A stretch of DNA of 48,207 bases from Octopus bimaculoides (Eukaryota). Shown piece after piece: positions 11,595 through 24,146 of the stretch; the stretch's first letter is position 1; the number at the start of each line of letters is the position of its first letter. The notes beneath the pieces are model-generated. The model was given only the letters and a program-made list of their open reading frames with translations, was not told the DNA's origin and did not search any database. Where the stretch lies: positions 29,337,220 to 29,385,426 of the forward strand of contig NC_068987.1 in assembly GCF_001194135.2 (NCBI RefSeq). Reading direction: 5' to 3'. The translations under genes and the position numbers were made by a program.

Positions 11595-13160
11595 CGGCGA
11601 CAATGTTCTTTTCAATACGTGTGACGTAACAGTTAAAACAATCCTTTGCACTTCTTGCATGGATGGTAATCCAGGAATCATCCTCAAATAACTTTGAGTT
11701 CCTTTTTTTGATCATTCCCAGTCCTCCTACAATAATTACTATTGTAACCGTGTTAAGATGCCACATTTTTTCGATGTCAATCAACTTGGTCTGTGTGTAC
11801 TAGAAAGTCCCAAAGAATCGTAACATATTCTCCCTCAGTTACAGCTTCAAGCTGGTGTTTGTATCATCTGTCAGCAGTTTTGATTTTATAATGTAATGCC
11901 GACATATTAACCAGTGTAGATATTGAACAACTCTGTCATGTCTTGATTTATACTCTTTGGGCGCTAAAATGTATACCCAGAGATTAGGTGGTCAACTGTT
12001 TTAAATTCATTGTTGCAGTATATGCACTTAGTGTCTTCTCCATTTTTTATCACATTGGCTAGTTACAGTCAATAAGCTCTGGTCTTGAGCAGCTAAGATA
12101 AAGGCTTTGTTCTCTGCCTTTAGTCCTGAGCTCCGTAGCCACTAGGGGATGTGCTTGTCGTCTACACCAGTTTGATTGCTACGGGTCACATATTTGTCAT
12201 GCAGAGGTTTTTGTTCCCACCTATCAGTCAATTGTTTTAGGCTTTTTGCTTTGCCATTGATTTCACCTTCTTTGCAACAACAGCTGTCACACTTCCATCA
12301 TGCTGTTCAACCTGGGTATTATGCATGTACTTACTAACAAATTGTTTGCTCTCCTTGAAAGAATGAAGCTTCTTACGTCTCTCGTGGTTTGCAATGAGCT
12401 TTAGCATCCAGTCATTAGATGTTTCAAGACATTTGGCCAGTTTGTAGTGATTTTGTAAGAGATTTCAAATTGGATCAAACCTTTACATCCTTTGACTCTG
12501 GAAAGATAAAGAGACGATCTGCGCCTGCCTTTGAGTGGTGCATCTTATTGAAAGTCAGCAGCTTACATATTTTCTTTAAATTTTTACATATATATTGTTG
12601 ATATTCCAGTTCAACGCAATGAAACAATAAATAACAACTGAAACTGCCAAGGAATTTATAGTTAACACCTTGTAACGCGCATTTAACACAGACGTCAGGA
12701 CTGCTCAAACTTCCCTGTAACATTTCTCCCTAATTTATCTTTCATGCTTGCATGCAAAATGCCAGACACCTCATTTATTCTGAGGTACTTGTAAATTTGT
12801 TACTGCTCCAGGTCTTTTATAACTGTTTCGACGTCTAACACCACTGAATGTAAGGCCTTCAATTTCAATTTCCCTTTCTAGAAGGTTGCCTTGGCACATT
12901 TATCAAGACCAAATTCTATCCCGATGTCATCACTGAATGCTTTCACAGTACGTAGTAGTCCTTCAAGCTCATTATCGTATTTGCAATAGAGTTTTAAGTC
13001 ACCCATATAAAACAGCCGTCTTATTTTCATGTCATCGATTTTGTATTCATACCTTTTTCTGTTAAATTCACTAGTAAGGAGTATTAGAGCTATGCAAAAT
13101 ATTAAAGGTGAAAGTGAGTCACCTTGGAAAATGCTGAGGCCGCAATTATCTCACACGCAG
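11595..13160 (-). mobile_element. Dong-R4-type (RLE) LINE: RT, CCHC and C-terminus, decayed
   Basis: Minus-strand motifs IFQGDSLSPLIFCIAL, FYMGDLKLY...AFSDDIGIEFGLDKCAK (RT), MHHSKAGADRLFI, KCIYCNNEFKTVDHLISG...EYKSRHDRVVQYLHWLIC (CCHC), TILWDFLVHTD, IEKMWHLNTVTIVIIVGGLGMIKK. Confidence 0.9.
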
Positions 13161-13538
13161 CATCTTTCAGAGCTATTCGCTAATCCACTTCTTAACCAAA
13201 ATTGGATTTAAGTATAATTAACTTTTTTTATTTTAAAAACAAACAATATTTTAATTAATCTTAAATGATTGAACTCAATTCGAAGGATCTCATGGTATAA
13301 ATCTCATGCAAGGAAGTTTTAAAAGTTTCTCAAAATTGAAGGTGATACACTTTTTTAGGAATGTAATTCTACGGAACTTTTATTATATGTCACCGGCGTC
13401 ATTGGGGTAAGGAAAAACATTATCAGCGACACCGCTAATTGACACATTGTTAATAAGCATAATAGTATAACCTGGGAAAAAAACAAGGATTGCATGAAAA
13501 ATGCGAGTACGAAAAATAATATTCTTAAGATTATAAAT

Positions 13539-13616
13539 CTAGAAAAGTACAGGACAAGTTATTACACTTGGAAAAGTTCAGGACACGTTATTACATCTGG
13601 TTAAGTACAGAACAAG
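13539..13616. repeat. Minisatellite, ~28-29-bp unit x2.7
   Basis: ctagaaaagtacaggacaagttattaca / cttggaaaagttcaggacacgttattaca / tctggttaagtacagaacaag. Confidence 0.75.
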
Positions 13617-14199
13617 AAAATGTTTACTTAAAATATTGCAGTTAAAAATAGAATTTGAATATTAAAATTTATTTGACTTTAATTATCAAAGGAACATTAT
13701 GATTAAAAAATTAACATCATTTTGTTAAAATATTGACACACTAGAATACTTAAAAAATGATAGCCAGAAGTAGCAATATAGCTAAAGTTTTATACAAAGT
13801 AGAATAGTGTATATGGTAGGCAAATTCATTATGTAAAAAATAGGCATTATTCAAGACCAAAAATGTGAAGACTTGGCAATAACTTAGGCAATAACTCAAG
13901 TAAATTTTACTGCGAATTTGTTGTTATAGGTAGATTTTACTGTAATAAACTAATTTTCATATTATTTTATTTATTGTACTATGTACTACTATCATTTTTA
14001 TAACTTATTTTCAAACTTCTGACTATTTCTAATCAAATTTCTATTAATTAATAATTAAAAAAGTGAATTTTTTAAAAAGTCAAAACATTTTAATTGAGTT
14101 ATTTTTAATTTTTAATAGAAGTAACAAGTAATAGCAAATAGAAGTAATAATATTTTCTAAATCTAAATATTTTATTTGAAATTTTATCCTTGGCTGCAA

Positions 14200-14558
14200 T
14201 ATTTTAAGTAAAACTAAATCTGGTTCAGGGCCCTTCCAATTCGGCATTTTTCCTAACACTTTACTCATTAATGCACTAGCTAGTCTTAGACCTGGGTGCT
14301 TCTCATTCCCTGCTTATTCCCTCACTTTGTATACACATTCGGCATCTCCATTATGATTGACCGGCTCATTCCAAATATTACCCCAGAAATGTTTAGCTTC
14401 TTCTGCATTAGGTATCTGATTTCCAGGACTTTCTTCTCCACTATTTATATGGTTTAAAATCTCTTAGCGTTATTTTCATATAATCTATTCTGTTAATTAA
14501 TATTGATCAATTCTTTTCTGATACCTGGGAAGACTACTTGCTACTGCTATGATACTAC
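14200..14558 (-). mobile_element. Dong-R4-type LINE, pre-RT region
   Basis: Minus-strand RYQKRIDQY...ENNAKRF...PNAEEAKHFWGNIWNEPVNHNGDAE...KMPNWKGPEPD matches the region upstream of RT in this clade. Confidence 0.8.
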
Positions 14559-14796
14559 TGTGGTGAAATCCTGATACCACTGCGGGAAAGCAAGTGAAAT
14601 GTCCTAAACTTTATAAAGTTGCATGCGTACTGACAGGGCGACGTACAGTGTAGGGTGTGTAGTTGCATTTGTGAAGGCAGTCGTGGAAGTCGTTGAGAAG
14701 AGATATAAGTCAGTTACGTGTTTGTTACTGATTTAGTATTTGTAGTGTTATAACACTGTTATAGTGTAGTCTATATCTAAACGCAAGGATATAATA
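14559..14796 (+). repeat. 5' LTR
   Basis: Start TGTGG inferred from where the host LINE frame ends; end lies just before the PBS. Confidence 0.7.
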
Positions 14797-16554
14797 ATGG
14801 CAACGAGGCATTCGAAGCTCACTGTGGACGCTCTTAACATGGAAGACGTATTAACTTCCGTGATACAGTTGCAACGACAACTACAAAATCAACGACAACT
14901 ACAAAACAACAGCAGCAACAGTTGCAACGGAAACTACAACAGCAACAAGTACAAAAGAAACAACAACAACAGCAACAAGTACAAAAGAAACAACAACAAC
15001 AGGTAGAACAGCAACTACAACTTCAACAACAGTAAAATCAACAGTTGTTGGAATTATTGTTGCAGTCCAAAAATCTTCATGTTCGTTTTCAGCAGACAAG
15101 TTTCAGTGGAAGAATTTACTTATAATCTCAAGAAGGTATTACGTTTTCTGCATACTTCAGAAGGTATGAAGGAATCTTCAAAGAAGAACGTAGAAACTGG
15201 ACGGACGAAAAGAAGGTACGACTTGTTTTAAGGAAATTATCGCCCGCAGAACATGAAAAGTATTGAAATTACATCTTGCCGAGTAAACCATCCGAAATTT
15301 GACACGAGGAAACAATTAACCTGTCATCTAAAATATTCTGTGAAAGAAGTTCCCTATTCAATATTCGCTGGGAGTGCTTGAATTTGAAAAACATATTGAA
15401 GATTCCGTTACATATGCCGGAATAGCAAACAGAGAATGTGAAAAATTTAAACCAAACGAATTAACTACGGACATATTTAAATGTTTAATCTTTATACAAG
15501 GATTAACTACAAGCAAAGGTGCAGAGACACGGGCTCGGATATGGACAAAACTAAAACAAGATTTGAAACTAACTCTACAGGCAGTGGCTGAAGAATGCCC
15601 AAGGATTATAGATTTACGACAGGATGTAGAAAAATTGAAGAAGATAATTTGAATATACATACGTATAGACCTGGAAATAAGAAAGTTACACACAGGTAGG
15701 GATATCAAAATAATTAACGATGATCCATGGAGAACTATAGGAAAGCTTATATTGAAAAAAACTTCGAAAATTGTGCGTGGTATTTCAGGGAAACAATTGC
15801 AATTTTGGGGCTAAATGATAAGTGAGGAGACATTTCGTGGGAAATCTTTGAAGGCCAACGTTTTTCTATTAAAAAATACGACAAACCTATTTGGCACAGA
15901 GTGGATGGAACTATTTAATTTATGAGACCTTAATTGATACTTAAATACAATGAACCCGTAGACGAGACAGTAATAACAACATTAAAAGCTGAAATCGAAA
16001 TAAGAATATACTCTGCAACGTAGTACGCGAACTACGTGTCACTTTAGAAGAAATAAAAATTAAAGCAGAGAAGGATGTGTTCATAATAGAAATGAAAAAC
16101 ATAGTGAATTTAGAAACAAATACAAAACTCATGATTTCGAGCGTAATACAGTTTCGAAATGGTATTCGATAGGTAATGACGTACTTATGTACACTTACAC
16201 TCAGAGGGTTGTAATAACTGCTTCTTTGCAAAATCGTATGCTAAAAGAATTTAACATGGGATATCCAGGAATCGCGAGAATGAAAGCACTGATGAAGAGC
16301 TGTGTTTACTGGCCGAATATGGATCAGGATGTTAAATAATTGGGGAAGGTATGCAGCAGAAGCACTACCTATATAAATTCAGCCTTGGCCCAACACTGAT
16401 ATACCTTGGTCCAGATTACACATAGACTTCGCAGTACCGTTGAATGGAGGGTAATAATTGTGGATAGTAACACGAAATGGCCGGAAATATGTAGGAAGCC
16501 AACATCCAAAGTAACAATGAAATTTCTGGACGAACTTTTTGCGCGATGTGGCGT

Positions 16555-16745
16555 TCCTTATAAAGGCGCATGCGTACTGACGGTGCGACGTACAGTGTGG
16601 TGTGTGTAGTCGCATTTGTGAAGGCAGTCGTAAACGTCGTTGAGAAGAAATGTAAGATTGCTATGTGTTTGTTACTGATTTGGTTTTTGTAGTGTTATAA
16701 CATTGTTACAGTGTAGTATGTATCCAAGCGCAAGGATATAAAACA
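16555..16745 (+). repeat. 3' LTR, 5'-truncated
   Basis: Integrase codons FARCGVP run directly into LTR sequence (ttataaag...gcatgcg); ends ...aaaaca. Confidence 0.75.
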
Positions 16746-16850
16746 TATGCTGTTTCAACTTTTCTATGACTGTCCCAAATCCTTTCCTTTTCACTAAGTG
16801 TCTTTTCTCAAATGAAGAGAAGCTTTAAATCTTGTGTTTCCTAACTTGTT
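16746..16850 (-). mobile_element. Dong-R4-type LINE, upstream continuation beyond the Gypsy insertion
   Basis: Minus-strand EKRHLVKRKGFGTVIEKLKQHI joins in frame to IAVASSLPRYQKRIDQY on the other side of the Gypsy. Confidence 0.75.
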
Positions 16851-19289
16851 TAGTTACTCAGATTATTATTATTCTTCTTCTTCTTATTATTATTATTATT
16901 ATTATGATCATCATTATCATCATCGTTGTCGTGTTGCACTAATCGTATACACCGATACTTTAAGTTTACACCGTGTATCATAGATTTCCCTTCCGAAAGA
17001 TTTTTTTGTCGTTAATAATGTTTAAAATATTCTCGAACAAAAGGGCGTTCTAAAACTATTCAGTGGACCTCTTAATTATAACAGTTCCAGAGAATTTTCA
17101 AAATTTAATTAAGGAGACAGCCTTTTCCCGGTTGTCTGCTGTCAGCAGACAAATAGTTTATTAAAAAATGTCAGCGTTTGACTACGGAAACACTGGAATC
17201 ATGGAAGGCGGCAATGACAGTCATAGTAATAGCAACGATAAAGCTACCTTGAAAGGCTTGCTTGTCAGAGCGGAAAAGTGACTTTTACCGAAGATTTTTT
17301 TCAAAGAAATTTAATAATAAATGTGTAGGCGTTATCTCTAAGAACACCAGTAATTCTTTTGTGTAACGTTGCATTGATGCGGAAAAAAGCACCGGTATTA
17401 CAAACAACAACACTAGAAACAACACAAAAAACAGCAGCAGCAACAAGGAAAACAAAAAAAATAATATAATGAATAGAAACAAGACCAACAAAAGGGTTGA
17501 AATGTCAGAGAAAAATCGAATGAAACTTATGACACCAAAATTATGAATCATGAGAATAAAACAGAAAATAAAAACAACAAATGTAAAACACGAAAAACTG
17601 ACGGAAAAAAACAAGAATAATGAAAACATTAAAACTAGAAAGACAAAAATAACACCACCGAGAAATATTGCTCATTTCCAAGAATCACTTGGACGGAACA
17701 CTAGCTAAAGATAAAAAGGATGACTGTGTAATGTGAGCTGAGTGATATATAAAGAGGTTTGGAGTGATAATACTCTCAAAGGATGGAGCAGATTTACTAA
17801 TAATGACTGGGAGGTATAGTCATTTCCAAGTACATAAATAAATAACAAGTGAGTAATAAGTTTTTCTTCTGTAAAAGCAACAATGTGCATGAAATGTATG
17901 CGCAGTGCCATTTAGTAGATCACCTTGTAAAAAGCAAAACATCTTACGAAATGAGGAACAATAATAAAGCACTCCACTAACCGGATTTATTTCCCCCATT
18001 TGTAGCTTTGTGGGTTGTAGCGCTACCAAAGAGACGATCCATAAGGTTCCACTAAACGTAAATTTCTAATATTTGGTAGCAATAGTACAAAAAACAAACA
18101 TACGGAGTTAATGGACTTCTTGTTTTCTCTCATGTGAAATACCTAGGATTTCGGCTGGAAATTCAGGTATTAATTACACTGGAAGACATTTTTAAAATTT
18201 CCAGACCAATTCCGTATTGAACGCATTAAAAACACGACAATTGCAGAAAGCAAAAATAAAAATCAGCCTACTTCAATTACTGTGACGGTAACCTTTGCAG
18301 TATTTTCTGTCTGTTTGTCAAATAGTAGCTAGAAAACAAAAATTACATTGCTAAATACGCCAACAACAAACCTACAATAATAAATACTGCAGCAACAGCA
18401 ATGTCAATTACACCAATAAATAGAACATCAACAGTAAAATATAGAGCTAAAAAGGATTTCTCTTACATCTCCGACTAGCGCACACCTCCAAGTAACAAAA
18501 ATATGAGAGAGCTATGGCCCTTCTGCTACGTCTGTATTCCTCGAACACCTTGTCTAGCAATATGACGGAGCTAGAGACATTCACTTCCTTCGAAGTGTAC
18601 AACTTGAAAGATTAGCAGGCCTTAAGGCACAGAGAAAAGGATGCATGTGACATGTGCGCTAGATGATAATTAACAGCCGGTGAGACTTTTTGAATGGTAC
18701 GCCTAACAAAAACTTACGTAGACGTTTTTAGCAGTACGAGTCGCCTGATTATGAGACATGACTCATGCAGCCCCCCCCTTTCTAGTTTAAAAGGACTATG
18801 TCTAGTTTTAAAAGATTCTAACGTACAAAATGCTGCAGGGATTCACTTTGTGGAGGCAAAAAACCAATAGACTCGAATATGAACCATCTTCTGCAAAGCT
18901 GTAAGAGTTATCTGGACGTGCGATTCTCGACTGAATTAACTCAGATCACTTAATTTAGATGTAGTAGCCTCATGCGCTGTTTTACAGAATATAACACTGC
19001 CTCGGCAGTCCAAACTAACTAACGTCTGATTTTCTGGTACTAGTAATGTTTGACCCTTCATGTTAAGATCTTTCTGAATGACTACGAGCGTTATGTCATA
19101 TGAAGTTCAACTTGCTCAAGTCGGATGACTCTCCGACACAGATAATATTAAAATATCTTTATGCAAAGACACGCGTTCTGACAAGAATCCTAGGCTTGTG
19201 CAGCAATCTTAGCGATGGCTTGATACAAGATTGTCTGGGAATTTTCTTTCGCTTGTCTAGAAACGTTTCTAGAAACATAACTCCCATTA

Positions 19290-19365
19290 GTGTTAGTGGG
19301 GGATTGATCAATGATATCCATTTATGTCCCCGATTCAAAATTGCTGGCCTTGTACCTTGATTACA
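19290..19365 (+). mobile_element. SINE family B tail fragment
   Basis: aaaattgctggccttgtacc matches the family B tail. Confidence 0.5.
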
Positions 19366-20237
19366 AACAACTATTACTATCGTTGTTGTTGCTGTTGGTA
19401 ATGGTACTACAGGTACCACTCGCCTCATTTACTTGTTTAATTGGCGAATGTTTGTGGGTGTCTATCTAAGGCAAATATTAGAGCTGTTCTGAAGACGCTG
19501 CTGTTGCTAATAAACTTTCTTCGGGCTTTTCTGTGGTTATATTGGTAGTTGTAAAAATACATTATATGGTCCCCACTTTATTGAAGAATGACGTTTAGTA
19601 CTGTCTTCCACCACCAATCTCAATTGACTTCAGAACTTGCAATTAATATTAAGCTCGGATGGTCCACCCCTTGCCATATATCACCATCTCAAGAACCAGC
19701 AGTAACGTTGTCGACCGACCATTTCTTAAAGCCACCACCTACCACCTTGTCTTCGTGTTTCTCTAAGATCGCTTATATTAAAATTGTCTCAAAGCGATAG
19801 TCCTACCGCATTTGGGAAAGAACTCTTCCACAACGCAGACAATAATTACTGCCGCATCAAAAGCAGTTTCGTAGCATGTGATGTGCTTGCAGGTTGCACA
19901 ACGTGGGCTCTGTACATAAATGTGTGTGTGTGTGTTCTGCAATCGAAAGAAAAACGTGGCCAATTTGACTACAGTACAGGGCTTCCAAAACCCACTCTAC
20001 GCCACTGATTAAGAAGTCATCTGTTAAAAAACAAATCGTAAGTCAGTTTCCCAGAAAAGCGCGTCTTCCATCTTTCTTTCAACTTTTCTCTAAAATATTT
20101 TTCACTTCTTAACTTGCTGATTATGTACCAACTTTACTTTATATTAATCTTATTGCATACAGTTTCGTGTTCTTCCATTTTTAATCTTTTTTTACACTAT
20201 TCGCTTTCCATTTAAAGTTTGTTTATTTTCCCCGCAG

Positions 20238-20245
20238 AAATATAG
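20238..20245 (+). CDS. Candidate 8-nt microexon (aaatatag)
   Basis: Long pyrimidine tract ending ttttccccgcAG, then 8 nt, then GTaata. Upstream GTAAGT donor at 20038. Splice-signal inference only. Confidence 0.2.
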
Positions 20246-20612
20246 GTAATAAGAAATATTGCATTTATACTGTTACATTTCCGAGAGTTGGATGAAGTGA
20301 AAGCGAAATTTTAACAACGAAAACTTCTATAACGAGTTTGAACTCATGCCTCGCAAATACATAAACATATACCTTAGACATATAGCCATCTAGCTCATAT
20401 ATGGAAAGAATACAAGAAAGAAATGATGTAATTAATATGATTATCATACTGATAATTGTTGTACTTCCAATAATTATAACATTAAATTATAAATATTCTT
20501 TGTAAAGGTCCCTCGATAATATAAACAATTGTATGAGTGGAGGATGGAAATGAAACAAAGTGAGATCATAAAAAATATCGATTCTTAACTATTATAACAA
20601 TCAAGAGATAAT

Positions 20613-20703
20613 CTGATGATGATGATTATGATGATGACGACGATGGTGATGATGATGAAGATGATAATAATAATAATAATAATAATAATAATANNNNNNN
20701 NNN

Positions 20704-20732
<29 letters not shown>
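20613..20732. repeat. (ATG)n/(ATA)n microsatellite with 10-N gap
   Basis: Direct inspection. Confidence 0.95.
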
Positions 20733-20737
<5 letters not shown>

Positions 20738-22516
20738 CTTAATATTAATCGAAAATAGTAATATATAGGCAGCAACAAAAATACTATAAAATATACTTGT
20801 GAGCTCAAATAATCTACCTGACAAAAATCTGAGCACTTTACCAATGTGAAAAAGAATTGATTTGAAGCCTTTCGTTGCCGTGCTCCTTGTCTAATTCCCT
20901 TATACTTTGCTGTTAAATAATTATTTTTCAATATTCCAGCCCTATCTAGCCCTGAAATTTTAATTTTTTTTTTCTTTTTTTTTTGCCTTTGGTCAGTAGG
21001 TGTTATTTCTTGTTTGCTTTTATCTAGAAATCAAAGGAAGTGACTACTATTCCCTTCAAACGTTGCTTTTGTGACCTGGACAATAATATTTTGAAACTGA
21101 CTTATGATCCATTACATTTCAGACACATTCAGCACTTATTTGTTGAAGCAGAAATACTGTTATATCAAATATTCCGCTCAATACCACAGATTTGCTTGAT
21201 AGCTGTTTGGTCTTAACTACTTGAGCATTTCCCTTAGCAGCTGATAATATGTGCATCGTTGATCATGAGCTGGAACAATGGGTGAAGCCTCATGGCCATG
21301 TGCTGAGAATTATACTTTGGGGTTTGAATAAATATAAGAAAAGCAAATCTTGAAGGACATATTAGCTTTCTAGGGGTAAGCAAATATTACTTTCTAGGTG
21401 TAAGCAAATAGAAAATAAGAGCTTCTACCCAAGGACAAGCATTTAGTGACACTGTGATAGTATTGTTATTTTCACTGGCTGTTGAGGATCGTTCGTATTA
21501 CTGTTGTTACATTAATTCATTAACTGTATTTTAAAAAGCCTACTGTAAAGTTTTTTTGTATTGTTGTGTTGCTAATCTGACCAGGATCCGGAGGAACTGT
21601 TCAGTTTTGTTTTGTTTAGGTCCTTTGGGGCGCAATTTTTAAATTTTTTCTAGAACTTAATCAGTAATTTTTAAAACAAAAGGAAACTTCGTGTCACAAA
21701 TGGGGCTTACAGGTGGCTGTTGGATCAGTGCATTAAAAAGGATTGCCCACTTTCTCCTTTTCCTACCCCTACTGTGAACTTATGTTGCCGTAATAGCTGG
21801 AACAGCAAAACAACAACAGCATGCTACACGAAGTAAACCCAGCATAATGAGAAACATCTCCATCGGAATACATAGCAGTAATGACTCAAAAACAGCAGCA
21901 ACAAAAACAGTATCCTGCTGAGATGTTTCCAACTGTTTAATAACTACTGCTAAGATTTATCGATGCGCTGATATAAAAATGATCACACCGCATCGGATTA
22001 TTTGAATCGTATCTAAATTGTGTATTATGTAGAGCTGTAAAAACTGGGAGCGTTGGTTACCCTCTATTTAACGGGGTAGGCTACATAGATCGTAAATTTG
22101 TGATATGTGTATTCGATCTAGATAGACTTCAGAGACAAAATCAATTACTGGAAGCTGTATGCTCTTTCCCCACGCGGAAAGCTTACAGATGCTGGATTAA
22201 CGAATTAATTCCATGGGCGTGAACAGAGATTTTCGTCTATTCGTCGATAACAAATGGTTGATCACTCATACAAGAGCAATTAGAGTAGGATCGGTAAGTT
22301 TTAGTAAAGAAATAGCGAAAAAGAAAAATAGTTTAGAGAAACTTAGCTACAGACATAGGAGAGACGATTAATAACAACATCACGACCGATGTATTTCACG
22401 ATGAGATGGGCCCTCGATCAAGTCTTCAATGCGAAGCATGATGGGTGTATTGTCTTATGTGCACGGTTAGATTTACAGAAGGCGTAATATATTAGAAAAA
22501 TAAAACCGTTCTTTAG

Positions 22517-22616
22517 TTTCGGTATCGTGACGTGTACAAAATATATTAGTAACGTACTATACAGAACCAGTACAAAAGAAGATGCATTGCAACTGATTCA
22601 AACTCTTCAATCTGAG
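22517..22616 (+). CDS. Candidate internal exon, unknown protein (FGIVTCTKYISNVLYRTSTKEDALQLIQTLQSE)
   Basis: Acceptor ccgttctttAG, donor gag|GTacgt, open frame, phase 2 in and phase 0 out. No homologue recognised. Confidence 0.3.
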
Positions 22617-23449
22617 GTACGTAACTCCATATCCTATCTAGGAGGAGGAGAATATTATATTTTACTTTATACTGATGAATAATCTGGAAAAGCTGTTGTG
22701 GATACGTCGTCTCAGTAAGAATACACCGAAGAGTTTCCTGTTTCCTATTCCAGGCCTATTAGATAAATTAAAATTAATTACTATAAACTAATTAAATACT
22801 CTTTGACAAGAGCTCCTTCTGCTTTCAAATGTGAGTTGCACCTACTCACGTTAACCTAAGGGTGCCGGTTGCGTTACACATGGTTAAGTAGCTTCGATGT
22901 AGACAGAGAGGTGTATATTAGTATCGGTAAGAAAGAGGGAGTATTGAGATTTTTTAATGAAACAATTAGAAATAATGAATGAATAATTGCCGTTAAATTG
23001 ATACTAACAAAAAGAATAGATAAAACATATGAATCACGATGAAAGTCACCACCAAGGAATCGAAATAGTTGCAGACATTCGGGTGTATAATGCGATTAAT
23101 AAAAGGACTAAAGATTAAGAAGGATCAAACTGAAAATTAAATTATCAGTTGGTTTTTGAAGCAAAAGCAGTAAAACAAATAATGAGAAAATTCACAATAA
23201 ATGTTAACAAGAAGAATAAAAAGATGATAGCAGAAATGTGGTCTTTGATAATAAATTTTGAACGAATCAAAGGCAATAAAATAAATGCTCAAGTAAACAT
23301 TGTTCAGCTTAATATCCTAACAACATTGCGAAAACCCTCTCCCTCGACCGCACCGCTAATCTACTGAACGTAGATATTTTAAGAAAACTACTTGAGCTTA
23401 AAGTCGGAAATGTCATATATAAGAATAATTTCGATTGTTGAAGGGAAGC

Positions 23450-23451
<2 letters not shown>

Positions 23452-23506
<55 letters not shown>
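23452..23506. repeat. (AT)n(GT)n microsatellite
   Basis: Direct inspection. Confidence 0.95.
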
Positions 23507-23511
<5 letters not shown>

Positions 23512-23773
23512 ACACGCACATAAATTTATATGTATGTATATATATATACACATAAATTTATATGTATATATGTTTGTATTATGCACGAACACACACAACG
23601 GCATTCATATAGTTATTCTATTCCCGAATTACAAGGAGACATAGTTAGAAACCCTACTTATTTCCAGTTTTACAACCTATATTCATACGAAAGAAACATG
23701 TCTCTCTGTGCGTGACGATATGACGCATGGCCAACATATGAAATAAATGGGAATTAATTAATGTTCATTGATT

Positions 23774-24127
23774 TCACAGCGAAGTGGCAACTTGAAACAT
23801 ACTTGGATTAGAAGTCAGAAATCTAAGGATCGAGCTGTGCACAACCATCAATGGTAGTACAGTTTCCCGATATTCTATCAGGTTCTCAAAACAATGCTGA
23901 TGCACAGCAGAAATATATAACGTTACTGAAAATGAAATGAAGGAAAGCTGAAATATGGAAAGTAGAATATTGAAGAAAATTTTATACTTTCTATCAGGTT
24001 GATTCAAAAGTAAGCAACGTTTTGAACCATGAAGAATTTGTACCAGATTTTTGCAGAGTTTCGAATATTTTTTTAACATTTCTTTGCAGTTGTCTGATAA
24101 TACAGATATAGATTTGTCGAAATGCAT
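23774..24127 (-). CDS. Unassigned 117-aa ORF with a hydrophobic segment (possible terminal exon)
   Basis: Non-repetitive ORF in AT-rich DNA; hydrophobic IFFNILLSIFQLSFISFSVTLYISAV; possible acceptor tctgtattatcAG near 24095. No family recognised. Confidence 0.25.
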   Translation of the reverse strand: MHFDKSISVLSDNCKEMLKKYSKLCKNLVQILHGSKRCLLLNQPDRKYKIFFNILLSIFQLSFISFSVTLYISAVHQHCFENLIEYRETVLPLMVVHSSILRFLTSNPSMFQVATSL

Positions 24128-24146
24128 CCATAAATTAACATTGATA

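Larger units (their letters stand above)
14559..16745 (+). mobile_element. Gypsy (K02A2.6/Mag-like) LTR retrotransposon, internally deleted, two LTRs
   Basis: LTR copies 14621-14793 and 16568-16740 align (23 mismatches in 173 nt by hand count). PBS-like tggcaacgagg at 14798-14808. Gag with Q/N-rich tract and TYAGIANRECEKFKPNELTTDIFKCLIFIQGLT. Decayed protease LHTGRDI. Integrase MGYPGIARMKALMKSCVYWPNMDQDV and PWSRLHIDFA...KWPEI...FLDELFARCGVP. No RT motifs found. Confidence 0.92.

Noticed and set aside
14880-15030. CAA/CAG-rich tract as a host polyQ/polyN gene
   Set aside because: It lies just after the PBS in the Gypsy gag N-terminus.
19920-20012. Frame ending VQGFQNPLYATD* resembling an NPxY receptor tail
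   Set aside because: In-frame stop just upstream, no TM segment or strong acceptor, and such a short motif is expected by chance in 48 kb.
20820-20915. Minus-strand KGIRQG resembling an RT motif
   Set aside because: The following residues do not match (no LSP.LF) and there are no other RT motifs nearby.
21983-22213. ~76-codon stop-free frame
   Set aside because: No start near its 5' end, no clear splice sites, no recognisable motif; within chance expectation.
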